The translations under genes and the position numbers were made by a program. A stretch of 42,947 nucleotides of DNA from assembly GCA_904063045.1 (NCBI GenBank), contig CAJFCJ010000194.1, forward strand, positions 1-42,947, given 5' to 3'. This stretch comes from Dimorphilus gyrociliatus. Taxonomy: Eukaryota > Animalia > Annelida. Each line of letters opens with the position of its first letter. The first letter of the stretch is position 1. The notes under the pieces were generated by a model, which was given only the letters and a program-made list of their open reading frames with translations, searched no databases and was not told where the DNA came from. Of the stretch, positions 11,387 to 22,869 are shown piece after piece.

Positions 11387-12532
11387 CTACGCTGAAATTG
11401 TCTTTCGCCTCTTTGATAGACCATTAAAGTTACATTTCATCGTTAGGCAACTATTTCTAGCATTACTTCTTAAAATTCCATAACTTCCAAAAGTTGAATA
11501 GTGGCTTACTAAGGCCCGAGTACATTTACTCAGGAGAAAAAACTCCGTATATATTTTTAAGATTCCCTGACAGGATACACTATTGTCCCGATAGTGTTTT
11601 GGTGTACCTTCAATCATATATGTTGAATATTTTGTATCAGTCTTTAGATAATTTTGTACTAATTCACTATCTAATGCAAAATATACAATTGTTGACTTTT
11701 CATCTCCTTTAGGTATTATAGGTTCAATGTTTAAAGCTTCCTTAACACATCTCTCCGACCATGACCTCGGATGATTATATTCAATCCAACCAGTTCTTAT
11801 CTGAATACATATTATGTTCTTATATCTGTTGAAAATTTTCTTGTGCTTTTCAATCTCTATTAACAAGCTGCCTTTCGGTTTAAATAATTTGTCGAAGTAG
11901 TGTAAAAATATCTCAGTGTCCGTTTTATTTTGTCTTATGAATTTTGTATTTGGAAATTGAACTAAATATTGTTGTTTAAAAAAGAAAGAACAGCTATATA
12001 TACCAATAATTTTTTCATTGAATGTCATATTTGGATTAAAAGCTCTTGGAGCATTTGGTTTACAAGAATAAGTAACATATTTATGATTCTTCAATTTATG
12101 ATTGTCAATCATTTGTACTGAATTAAGAGAAAAAAATTTATTTAGAGGACAATTGGCATTTGGATTATTTGAAGAGAGTATAAGTGTTCTATTTAAGATT
12201 TCCGCTAAAATTTTACAAGATATTAATTCTCTTATAGTATTACCAAATCCTGATTTTATATCACAAAACAAATAGAATGTTTCATCATCTAAATTCTCAA
12301 TTTCATATGGTTCCTTAAAGAACAAAAAGACAAACATAGTCCTATATTATTATGTAAAATATTTATGAAACAATACCTTTTCTATTTGGAAGTTGTAGGT
12401 AACATTAATGTTGCTTTTATATTTAATATTTAAATACATATTTCCTTTCATTTGTAGAAAAGTTAATGTTCCAATTAACAAAGTTAGCATCATGGAGAAA
12501 CCAAAAGCTATTTTTGAATTTTTTATTGCCAT
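11387..12532 (-). CDS. Fucosyltransferase-like type II membrane protein B, 2 exons: 12532-12377 and 12313-11387, 360 aa
   Basis: Exon 1 (52 aa) carries the TM IAFGFSMMLTLLIGTLTFL. A 63-nt phase-0 intron GTATTG..CTTTAAG follows. Motifs: GFGNTIR...ILAEILNR, ICIQIRTGW, VYFALDS, EFFLLSKC...STFG. It is a clear paralog of gene A. Confidence 0.78.
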
Positions 12533-12668
12533 AATTTTTCTGTAAAAGAAAAGTCAGTATATGTTATTTATTGACACTGCAAACAAGTAGATTATAAATC
12601 TTAAGCTTATTCTTAAAACTTTTATCCTGATTATCAAATGAGAAAAATTCCCACTTTTACAAAACTGC

Positions 12669-13689
12669 TTACGAATCCTCTAATTAGATATTAATTGTTT
12701 CTATTATATTTTAATTTAAACTAAATTTTAATATTTGAAACAAAAAGCTTGGAAATGTGAAAACAAAATTACTGTTTTTTACCTCCTGCTTAACAGTGAA
12801 GACTATTTAATCAGTGTTAGTCAAGTAGTGCCTTGACAACACGTGAGCTATTAAAGCACCCTATCAATAAGTCTTTAATATTTCCCAATTTCAACTTTTT
12901 ATGCTTTTACACAATAAGATTAAAGCAATAAGATTATTTTTACATATGAAATCATAGTTAAAAATATATATTTCTAAAATTTATAATCAATAAACCTGAC
13001 AAAGCAATAACATATAGTCTAAAGATTCTTTAATTAACAAATCCCCTACTTTGTACCTTTATATCCAAAATCTAAATATTGATCTATCATTATATCTAGG
13101 TGAACAATGTTCAACAGTGATAGTTTAATATGAAAATAGGAAAAGCCCTGTTCTGTAATATAACAAAACATTTAAATATTGAAAAATTTTTAATATTGAA
13201 AAATGAAATTTCCATAACAATAGCATTAAAACTTGTTTTATGTTATTGTACTTTCATGCTGGGGGTTGCAGGTAAGCACTGGTCCAAAAAGACCTGAAAT
13301 AGGAGTAAGCAACTTAGAAGAATGATGTAGAACATTATCTTTAAATTTCCCATTGAGATTTTCACATATTTAGCATTTTTTATGTTGTGTTTAGTTGTTA
13401 ACTCTGATAAATATCTTATTTGTCATCAACTATATTATATACAATTTTCTTTTTATTTCTTTTAAAAATGATAAAACTTGATCTTACAAAAAGGGGACGA
13501 GTTTTCCCACTCCCATATTTAGATATTACACCTTCGAAAATTTTTAGTTTTGATATTAAGATACACTGAACTTTTAATTGGTAATAATATGATTAATATT
13601 ATAAACTAGTATCTTTACAAAAAAATTATCAAAAAATTGGTTTTCTTTTATAAAATCCATTTTTAGCAATTATACCTTGGAAAAAGGGT
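12669..13689 (-). repeat. Right arm of the ~1.02-kb inverted repeat
   Basis: It is the reverse complement of 6427-7448 and runs directly into the N gap. Confidence 0.95.
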
Positions 13690-14092
13690 NNNNNNNNNNN
13701 NNNNNNNNNNNNNNNNNNNNNNNNNNNNNNNNNNNNNNNNNNNNNNNNNNNNNNNNNNNNNNNNNNNNNNNNNNNNNNNNNNNNNNNNNNNNNNNNNNNN
13801 NNNNNNNNNNNNNNNNNNNNNNNNNNNNNNNNNNNNNNNNNNNNNNNNNNNNNNNNNNNNNNNNNNNNNNNNNNNNNNNNNNNNNNNNNNNNNNNNNNNN
13901 NNNNNNNNNNNNNNNNNNNNNNNNNNNNNNNNNNNNNNNNNNNNNNNNNNNNNNNNNNNNNNNNNNNNNNNNNNNNNNNNNNNNNNNNNNNNNNNNNNNN
14001 NNNNNNNNNNNNNNNNNNNNNNNNNNNNNNNNNNNNNNNNNNNNNNNNNNNNNNNNNNNNNNNNNNNNNNNNNNNNNNNNNNNNNNNNNNNN
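13690..14092. other. Assembly gap (403 N)
   Basis: Run of N. The ORF-track entries spanning it are artefacts. Confidence 1.
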
Positions 14093-14094
14093 CT

Positions 14095-15740
14095 CAGTAC
14101 CAACAAGCTCCACAATGGGCAAAGTTTGAGATCCTGCATACGCACTTGGGCATCGAGTTACAAGAAGAGGTAGAAAGATTCAGATCATCATCAAAGGATG
14201 GTTACAATAGTGCAATGAAATTCCTACGCTCAGAATATGGGGAAATAAAAACAAAAAGTGGCACAGCTTTTGCTAGATTAGAAAAATTGGGCAGAGTGGC
14301 AGATGGTAACATTCGAAAACATGACGAACTAAGCCAAATACTGAGGGAGGTTTATGAGGATTATAAAGATAGAGATGATCTAGGAAGTGAACAGTTGGAA
14401 GCGATCCAAGTTGTGGCCAGCAAGTTCAACATGACCACACAACTAAGAACAAGATGGAAAGATGAGCAGTTAACAGCTGAATCGAAACTCACAGTGAATG
14501 ACATGGCAAGGTTTGTGCAAGCCCAAAGCTGTGAGTTAAAAAATGTAATTATCCAGCAGCAAGCAATGAAGACTGACAGCCTTCGGGAAGGGCAGCAAAA
14601 AAGAAAGGGAATAGATTGTTATATATGTGGGAAGCCACACCCTTTAAGGAACTGCCTACAATTCATAACGATGAGTATCAAAGACCATAGCAAAGCAGTT
14701 AGAAGGTTGAACTTATGTGAAAACTGTATGGCAAGTAGCCATAGCACATCCGACTGTTGGAGACCAGGATGTAGGATATGTAAAACCACAAAGAGCAACA
14801 TTCTGCATCAGTGCGAAAAAAGAAATGGCAGTAAAAAGAAAATACTGATGATGAAAGCCCCAATAATTGAAAGAGAGAATGGGATGACAGCATTAAAGGT
14901 GGAAACTGAGAATGGACACCTCATTGCAATTCAAGATACCAGAGCCGATATGACAATAATTACAAAAAGGGCAGCCAAAAGAATCAATGCGAAGCCTATA
15001 GATACAGTAGAAGTCAACCTTGCAATGATGGGAAGAGTGGAGAGACACAAAGCAGTGAGATATCAGATAAGCATCAAACAAAGGAATTTGGTAGCCCTTG
15101 AATATCCAGAGATTACCACAATTGATCAAAGATCCATAACAGATGAGGAGAGAGCAAAATGGCCATATCTAAGAAACTTAGACATACCGGAATTGATGAA
15201 TTATAAGGTGGATTTTTTAATAGGTTGCGACTACATTGACCTAATAGCCCCAAGAACGATTCTGGAAGGGACAGTTGATGAGTCCACTGCTATGCGTTCT
15301 AAATTGGGATGGTCAATTGTTGGTCGGAAGGACAGAAAAAAGGCAACCAACAAAAATTGCCTTGATATTAAAGAATAGGAATGAGACAAAGGAACAGAAA
15401 CTGACAACAAATGATGAACTTTGGGTCAAACAGTTAGAAAACAGAATACACTTTAAAGATGGAAAGGTGTATGCACCTATTCTTTTTAATGGGAAACAAA
15501 TGGAACTACAGTGTAACAGACGCATGGCTTACAGCAGGCTACAAGGTCTAAAGAAGAAGTTTACAAGAGAATTAGAATACGGGAAGCAATACAACAAAGG
15601 GATAAAGGAGTACCTTGAAAAGGGTTATGCAAAGAAAAATGCAAAAAATGGAACAACAAAGTGGTTCATACCACATCATGGCGTGCTGAACCCAAATAAA
15701 GAAAACATGAGAATTGTTTATGACTGCCCAGCAAAAGGGT
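14095..15740 (+). mobile_element. BEL/Pao LTR retrotransposon gag-protease-RT start, frameshifted and 3'-truncated
   Basis: Gag-like region DGYNSAMKFLRSEYG and Cys-rich knuckles CYICGKPHPLRNC, CENC..SH...DC, CRIC. Degenerate protease QDTRAD, then VDFLIGCDY and SKLGWSIVG. After a frameshift near 15350-15380 it reads EYLEKGYA...WFIPHHGVLNPNK..RIVYDC, typical of the Pao RT start. Confidence 0.9.
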
Positions 15741-15796
15741 GTTCACAAGGGCAGTGGGTGAAATTTTGTTCATGGGAGAATGAACAAAACATTGTT

Positions 15797-15832
15797 TAGT
15801 GTCAGTGTGTGTGTGTCAGTGTGTGCGTGTGA
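15797..15832. repeat. Interrupted (GT)n microsatellite
   Basis: GTGTCAGTGTGTGTGTGTCAGTGTGTGCGTGTGAGT is directly visible. Confidence 0.8.
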
Positions 15833-16274
15833 GTCAACAAGTGTCTGTCAGTGAATGCTGCTGCATCTGGAAATATGTGACACTAGATATTGCCTCTGGG
15901 GTAAATGGCACCAAACTCCTAATATGGTTACCTACAACCCCAGCAGGAGAGTACAATAAGTAATATAATATAGTAATTTCAGATATGTAAAAGAATTATT
16001 ATAAAATTCCAAATATTTTCAGAGTAAGAGATACCAGTGTACTTTGTTGTATTGTAATTGTAGGAATTTCTGCTTCTTCAGAACAGTATTCGTCCTTTCC
16101 AATCATTTATCAACTCACCAAAGTACTCAAATAAATGGAATCTTTCAAGTTCCTACACAAATAGTCTCAAGAAATGTAATTTCAGTAGAAATTAATCAAC
16201 AAAAGGCTGGTATTTCATTTAAAGAAAATGTATTGAGTAAATGAGTTTCTAGTTCTAAACAACTAAGTTTAAAC

Positions 16275-16750
16275 AAGCTCCTTGTCCTGCATACATATTA
16301 CAAAAAGGATCAAAGTTTGTTGTAAGAAATGAAAATCATCTTCATAAGTTGCATTAAAATCTGGAAAATGTTCTTCAATCAAGAATGGACTTGAAAGAAA
16401 TGGCAACTGGTGACAATGGAAAAACTGTTAAAAGATGATATTATCCTAAAATTTAAAGAAGACTTGCCAGAACTAGAATCATTAAGATGAAAATCTTCTT
16501 GATATAAAGAGAGTAAAAGACCAAAGCATCCTAGAGATTTTGATTTTGAAATCAATCTGAATGAAATTCCAATGGATTTCTTATTAAGAGATATATGTAA
16601 AATTTGGTTCATTGATGCAACATTTAAAGTTGTTAGAGATCCATTTTATCAAATCTTTTCAATTCATGGATTCTTGAAAAAATATGATTAATATCAACAA
16701 GTTCCATTGGTCTATGTTCTGATGAGTAGCAAGAAGAAAAACTTTTAACC
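16275..16750 (+). mobile_element. FLYWCH-MULE transposase remnant (same family as 30000-31290)
   Basis: Reads APCPAYILQKGSKF...HLH and RPKHPRDFDF...IWFIDATFKVVRDPFYQIFSIHGF...QVPLVYVLMSSK, the MULE first-Asp region, with stops. Confidence 0.85.
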
Positions 16751-16794
16751 TATCTTCAAGTGAGACACAATGCCTTTGGCATGATTGCCTCAGA

Positions 16795-16855
16795 ATGGGA
16801 CGAAATGTCCTAAAATGGGCCAAAATGTCCTGGGCCGAAATGTCCTGACCCCGTG
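16795..16855 (-). repeat. Tandem GGGCCRAAATGTCC units; terminal repeat of the MULE family
   Basis: It is inverted relative to the same motif array at 29645-29720, which precedes the homologous transposase. Confidence 0.7.
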
Positions 16856-16949
16856 ACAGTACAGGGTGAGAGCCAAACGAAGTTATAAATAAATTGTAAC
16901 AAAATTATTATAATAATTTCGTGATACGAGTAAAATATAAATCTTATAA

Positions 16950-17620
16950 ATTCTTTTCTATACTTTGGTTCAATGTTATTGTCTGCTTGAACTTCTGGGT
17001 AACACTAATGTTGGTAATCATCTTTTAGCTGTCCATAAATTTGAATTCCCATTGAACTAAAGCCAACAATATGTAAATAATCTTCAGGTGAACCAGAAAC
17101 ATCATGACATATTGATTTAGTCATTAGACTTGGATAATCCAGAACAATTTGTCTAAAATGTGGATTGCCTGATGCAGAAGACCATGGATCAGCATTATTG
17201 GAACATCAAGACTTAATGTTATAGCATCAAAAATTGTACAATTTACTATGAATAGTGTTGACTTTAGGGAATCAAGTTTTTCAGCTGTAAGATAAGTATC
17301 TTGATCATAGAAGGTGATTTGTTTTCAATTTATGAGTACTTCATCAGGATTATGAACTGAATAACTAAACAAGGCAAAAAAATTTTACATTAATTTTTTG
17401 AGGTGATATTATTTTTAGTAAGAATTTTTAAAATATTCAAAGTCTCCACTTACCTGCAATATAATTCAAAACATTGATGAAAGAATGCAGTAGCTCTTGT
17501 ATTGTTTCAATACTTGAAATTGGTAAGGCAATTTTTAACACTTCTTTAAATCCTTGCTGGCCAATCAATTGGCTTGATTTCATTCCTTTAAAAGACCTTT
17601 TTTGTTCTTTAACAAAACGT
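16950..17620 (-). pseudogene. Exon-like remnants of an unidentified gene, possibly downstream exons of the discoidin gene
   Basis: KEQKRSFKGMKSSQLIG...LNYIA is followed by a GTAAGT donor. Another segment reads CSNNADPWSSASGNPHFRQIVLDYP...IQIYG. Frames are broken. Confidence 0.3.
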
Positions 17621-17716
17621 TTAAAAAAATAACAAAAAATTGACTAATTGCTCATACAAACAAAATTAGGAATAAGAAGCAACTGGTTCTTGAAGCCAAT
17701 TATTCTTTAGCCTATA
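17213..17716. repeat. ~500-bp segment duplicated in inverted orientation at 32523-33020
   Basis: Direct reverse-complement match with few differences. Confidence 0.9.
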
Positions 17717-18512
17717 TTAAGCCTTATCGAGATTTTTATAAGGCTATAAAGACTGTAGGGATATTGTACATTTAGCTTTTATCATACAAACAAAAAAAAC
17801 GTCTTATTCATGAGCCAGATAATGAACTTGACCATAGAATATTTTCTACTGTCAAAACACTGGCTGTTGAAATTCCATCTGGCAGTAAAAAATCCAACTT
17901 GTGTTATTAATAATGTTTACAGTTGTTAAGAAGGTTTTAAAAATAGCTGAGACCAAGTTGTAGCATGTCCTGGTGGTGTTTTCAACAAAACATTTTAATA
18001 CATCCAGACAAGGATATTTTTGTCTAGCCCCTTTTTTTTGTATCCTACCATAATGGGAAATTGTTGAATAAGTCTGCATATTTACCTTTAGGTTTAATTT
18101 ACAATATTGTGTGAAAGAGAAAATTATTAAACATACTATAATCCCTCAAAACAGAAATAGAATACTTAGTTAAAGATTACAGTTACACCTAAAAGTTATT
18201 TTTTTGTCTCTCTCCCTACAAGACACTGTTCATCAGTATTTAAATTGGAAATATGGGAATTTGTTTCTGAAAACAAAATGTTATCATTCATGCAATATAT
18301 AATCCAGGTTATATTTAAATTTTTAAATTCAAATTAACTTTAGTCTTGTTATTTAAAAAAAAAAGATATTGAAAAACAACTCGCTGATGTTCATAATGCT
18401 CTTAAAGGAGAGTTTATGAGTATGGGTTTTCCAACTAATATCACTCTACGTATAGCAAATACGGAATGGTATGAATTGGTTAAATACAGACAAAAAACAA
18501 AGAAAAACTTAC

Positions 18513-19197
18513 CACATCCATATAATTCAAAAGCTGTTGCTGCATAGAAACCAGACATTGGGGTTAATCTTAATGTATCAGCTTGAATTTTCTTGTTGAA
18601 ATTAATTTTATTAATTATATTCCATGTTGTTATTGTATTTCCATTAAAGATCTGTTTCAAAAAAAAATAATAATAACCTAATTATTAATCCTTAAAATTA
18701 CTTTTAAAATTTAAATTTTTAAAACAACTTTATCTACTCCGTTTTCATCTGCATAATTAAATATTTGACCTCCATTCAATGAATATGATAATTTGAAAGT
18801 TGATGTATAATATGGTTCGTAGTTTCCATCACTGCACCAACAATCTCCTCTAATTTCAAGGCTGTGAATATCATAGATCTCACCTGAAAAGCAATTAAAT
18901 GTTCTATTGTGAAATATTTTTTATTTCATATTGACCTAGATATATTTGTACCCATCCATTTCCATAATGAACAGTCATCCATGATGTTAATCTACCATCT
19001 GAAATTCTTACATGATATGGTTCTCTATCTCCATAAGGCAAATGATCAGAAAATTGTGAAACTGGAAACTTGGTTTCATTGTAAATTCCAATTTTTTTTT
19101 CTACACAATAATTCGATGACAGACAATAAATACAACTATTTAACACAACAATTGTTACATGTAGCCATCTTGAACTGAGTAGTATTGAATTTCTCAT
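18513..19197 (-). CDS. Secreted discoidin / coagulation factor 5/8 type C domain protein; exons 19197-18936, 18883-18729, 18651-18513; further exons unresolved
   Basis: Signal-peptide-like N-terminus. The spliced product reads C...GIYNETKFPVSQFS...W..VHYGNGWVQIYLGEIYDIHSLEIRG...YYTSTFKLSYSLNG...DKIFNGN...IQADTLRLTP...FELYGC, a complete F5/8C consensus. Introns are 52 and 77 nt and two of the donors are weak. Confidence 0.8.
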
Positions 19198-19539
19198 ATT
19201 ATGAAGTTTTGTTTTCTTGAGTTTGTTTTTTTACAGTTATTATTTTTAAAACAATTTTGAAATTGTTGTATGAAAGTAGCTACTATAATTATGAAACTTG
19301 ACAATTTTCATAAATGGCTTCACATAAAAAAAAGATTGACTAATTGAAAATGAAAAATATAAAGAGGACAAAACCTCTAAAAAATTAATTTAATTATTGT
19401 TCTAATAATGATTATCACTAATATATTCAAATAATCAATTCTCGAATCTTCTATACTTCATATTAAATTATAATTTATTCAAAAACTGAGCTTTAGTTTG
19501 CTAAGTAATGTAACTACAAAAAAGAGTTTCTCATTTTAC

Positions 19540-19675
19540 AGTATATATATTTTATATACTTTTTCTTATTTCTTTTAGTAATGATAAAACTTGCTGTTAC
19601 AAAAAGGAGACAACTTTTCCCAAAAAAAGGGACAAGTTTTCGCAAGAAGGGGACGACTTTTCTCTGACCCATAAA
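19540..19675. repeat. Fragment of a repeat also embedded in the 1-kb IR arms (GGGACGAGTTTTCCC-type motifs)
   Basis: Matches in reverse the TATGGGAGTGGGAAAACTCGTCCCC...GTTTTATCATT segment at about 6601-6690, with the motif triplicated here. Confidence 0.6.
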
Positions 19676-19984
19676 TAAATATTTAAACAATAAAATAAAA
19701 CTGAAATTAAAGATATTGAAGTTTCTATTCTCATTTTGTTTATCACATATCTTATTCTGTCAATCAAAATCAATTGTGGCTGTTATCAAATGGTTTATAG
19801 GCGTTTTAAAAAATAATAGGTCTAATCAAGTTTCTACATAAAATATTAGAAAATTTATAGACTGTACATTCAATCATGAATAGACCATTTTGATTTATAG
19901 ATTGTCTTATATCATTTAAACAACACAGTAGATGAATCTACATTAAAACCTTTTTATGTGATATTTAACAGACATTTTCAATGT

Positions 19985-21110
19985 GAAAATAACATCCTGT
20001 TACTAATCATTGTTGTAATTGTCCTTTCCGATCATTTACCAAATCACAAAGTACTCAAGCAAATAGAACCATTTTGCATTCCTACACAAAATCATCCCAA
20101 TTAATGTAATATTGTAGAAATTCGATCAACAAAACACCAGTAATTTGACTATTTGTACTTCGTTGTATTGTAATTGTAGGAATTTCTGGTTTGTCACAAC
20201 TGTAATCATCCTTCCAATCATTTACCAATTTGCCAAAGTACTCAAACAAATAGAACCTTTAAAGTTCATTCAAAAATAATCTAACATTTTGTAGGGTTTA
20301 TATACTCTTTTAAAGGTTGATAGTTGACAAATTTCAATGTTGACAAAAACAAAAGTACCATTTTAAGACAAAGAAAAGTTGTAAATATGGTCATGCTGTT
20401 TATTGTTTTCCTCTTCTAAATAATAGTTGAATTTCACAAGTTGGACAGTTGCATAAGAAGTAACAATCTTAGCAGGAGAAGTCAAACAATGAAGAAAACA
20501 TGTAGATTGTATATTTGACCGTTTTTATATTCTACCTTAATAATGATATTGAATTGATTGAGTTAGTAAATTTAGCATCAGCATATAAGGAGGAAGGATA
20601 TCTGATTAATGCATGTTAAGAAGAACAGTATTGTGTATACAATACTGTTGAATAGTCAATATAATCTAAACTTAGAATTGAAGCATAATTGATAATTAAT
20701 TGAACTAGTTTTAGTTCAAAATCATAAATGTATGGATTAATAAATTGTAATATTAATGCTAGGTTGCAAATAGCAAATATTCTTTATATAATTTAATAGG
20801 TTTTATTGCTGTGTAATGTGTATGCATTGCCCTACGCGAAACTAGGTCACTACTGCTTATCTTTATCAGTGCTATCTGCATAGTACAATACTGGTTCAAT
20901 ACTACTTCTCTATTGTAGAGTATAGCTGATGAATGTATGTGTACACTATAATTTTATAAAATGTGTTGTGGCACATTGTAAATGCACTGTATTACACCAA
21001 AGTAGGTCAAGCCAATTTATCTCTAACAGTGCTGAAAGCACTTGCAATACCATTTCGATACTACTTATCTATTGTATGATAGAGCTGATGGGTGTATGTG
21101 TAGATAACAA
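19985..21110 (-). repeat. Largest copy of an unidentified dispersed family with degenerate hydrophobic coding remnant
   Basis: Shares blocks with 1990-2490, 16040-16265, 26335-26620, 28150-29300, 31570-31900, 35020-35200 and 37260-37520, for example TTTGTAGGGTTTATATACT and ATTGTAATTGTAGGAA. Conceptual peptides: LFNSIVYTIL, LLLMQLSNL, EYINPT, FEYFG.LVNDW, EIPTITIQ.ST. Confidence 0.7.
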
Positions 21111-21114
21111 AAAG

Positions 21115-22160
21115 GAAAAATGGATATAACCAATAGTAAAACCATTAAAAATTATTTTTCAGAAATTTGTGATATACTTGAAAAATCATCAGAGAAATTG
21201 AAGTTTATTAGCATCAATAGCTGCTCATTGAAGAAAGAAGATTGCAAAAGACTTGGAAATCTTCTACAAAAATGTTCAAACATAGAACACATTGATTTGT
21301 CACACAATTGGCAAATGGGAAATGGAATATTGAATGTTTTTAAAGGACTTGAACAATCATCAGAGAAATTGAAAGTTGTTTGCTTTGGAAACTGTTCATT
21401 GAATGAAGAAGAATGCATAAAACTTGAAAATCTTTTAGAAAAATGTTCTAAAATAGAACACATAGATTTATCTAAAAATAGTGAAATTGAAATTGGAATT
21501 TTAAATGTTTATAAAGGACTTAGGCAATCATCACAAACATTGAAATTTATTAGCTTTGATGATTGCGGATTGAAAGAAAGAGGATGTAAAAAATTGGAAA
21601 TTTTCTAGAAAATTGTTCAAAGATTGAGTCCATAACTTTATCAGAAAATTTTGATATTCAAAATGAATTTTTCATCATTTTTAAAGGACTTGAACAATCA
21701 TCACAAACATTAAAGTATATTGGCTTTAATAGCTGCTTATTGAGTGAAGAAGTTGGGACAAAACTTGGACACCTTCTACAAAAATGTTCAATAATAGAAC
21801 ATATAGAATTATCAAGCAATTGGAAGATGAGAAATGGAATTTTAAATATTTTTGAAGGACTTAAACAATCATCACAAACATTAAGATCTGTTAAATTTAA
21901 TGATTGCCAATTGAATGAGGAACAATGCATAAAATTTGGAAATCTCTTACATAACTGCTCAAAAATAGAATACATTGAATTTTTAGACAATGATCATATT
22001 CAAAATGGACTTTTAATATATTTGAAGGACTTGAACAATCATTACAAACATTAAAAATTATTAGATTTAGTAGCTGCTTATTAAATGAAGAAGAAAAAAT
22101 AAACTTTGGGAATCTTCTTAGAAAATGTTCAGAAATAAAATGTATATATTTAATTATTTA
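21115..22160 (+). pseudogene. RNI-like LRR gene fragment (28/28-aa alternating repeats), two 1-nt frameshifts, 5' truncated
   Basis: Repeats of LEKSSEKLKFISINSCSL..E.C..LG.LL.KCS.IEHIDLS.N..MGNG continue across frameshifts near 21600 and 22010. Confidence 0.85.
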
Positions 22161-22350
22161 ATGTTTATACCAGAGATGAACTTTTGGATAGTTTTTCAAA
22201 TAACAGTTTTCTTTAATTTAAGTTCTTTATTAGTTTTAGGGATAGAGTCACAAACCCAATAGGTCATCTGATTCAATCCATGTTTTCTAAAGTGATCAGA
22301 GACCATTATGGTGTATAAATCCTATCCCTATGAGATCTAGTGATCAGACA

Positions 22351-22739
22351 TGTTTACAAGTTACAATAGTACTGGTGTACTACTCAAACCTTAAGCAAAT
22401 GTTTAAATTAAGTGGTTTATTCACAATAAAAATATAAAAGTTGAATACCAGATAGATAGTTCATAATAGCAGATTGCCAAATTTTGAAAATGTCTTCCAA
22501 TGTTGAGGAATAGAAAGCTTGTTCCAGTGGAGGTTGTTTCCAGATCATCTTTTTAGATGCTTGGATCAAGTTGTGATAGTTCAAATGAAAACAGTGAGGA
22601 TTTATATTCTTGGAGATTTGCCTCCGATTTCCAATCATCACTTTACAGTTACAAAACTGTCTTGTTCATATTTATCTTTAGAAAGAGGATGTTACAAGAT
22701 TCAACACTTAGGAAAGATAATTGTAATATAACTTGGTCA
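22351..22739 (-). mobile_element. Diverged solo copy of the env-associated LTR-like segment
   Basis: The reverse complement aligns along the whole of 6002-6401 (e.g. ATCATCTGGAAACAACCTCCACTGGAAC, AGGTTTGAGTAG, AATAAA). It is bounded by TG...CA. No TSD was found. Confidence 0.7.
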
Positions 22740-22869
22740 AAGTGTTTCAGAGTGAGTGTGAATCATGTATCTTAGGAAGGTGATCTGCTCCTACCCCTAT
22801 TATTCAATTTGACTTAATGTCACATCACAAGATAATCATAATTGTTATTATCTCCATCATCATTGGAAA

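Noticed and set aside
13663-14145. ORF-track entries spanning the first gap (and 33686-34484 at the second gap)
   Set aside because: They are artefacts of N runs.
3740-15740. env-LTR-gag read as one tandem or circularly permuted retroelement split by the IR cassette
   Set aside because: No PBS-like TGG follows the LTR-like end at 6401, the gene order is wrong for a single copy, and a gap hides the junction.
16858-16900. TACAGGGTG as a mariner/Tc1 terminal repeat
   Set aside because: No matching second TIR or transposase was found nearby.
19985-21110. Assigning the unknown hydrophobic family to otopetrin or TRP channels
   Set aside because: The resemblance is only a few residues and the diagnostic motifs are not present.
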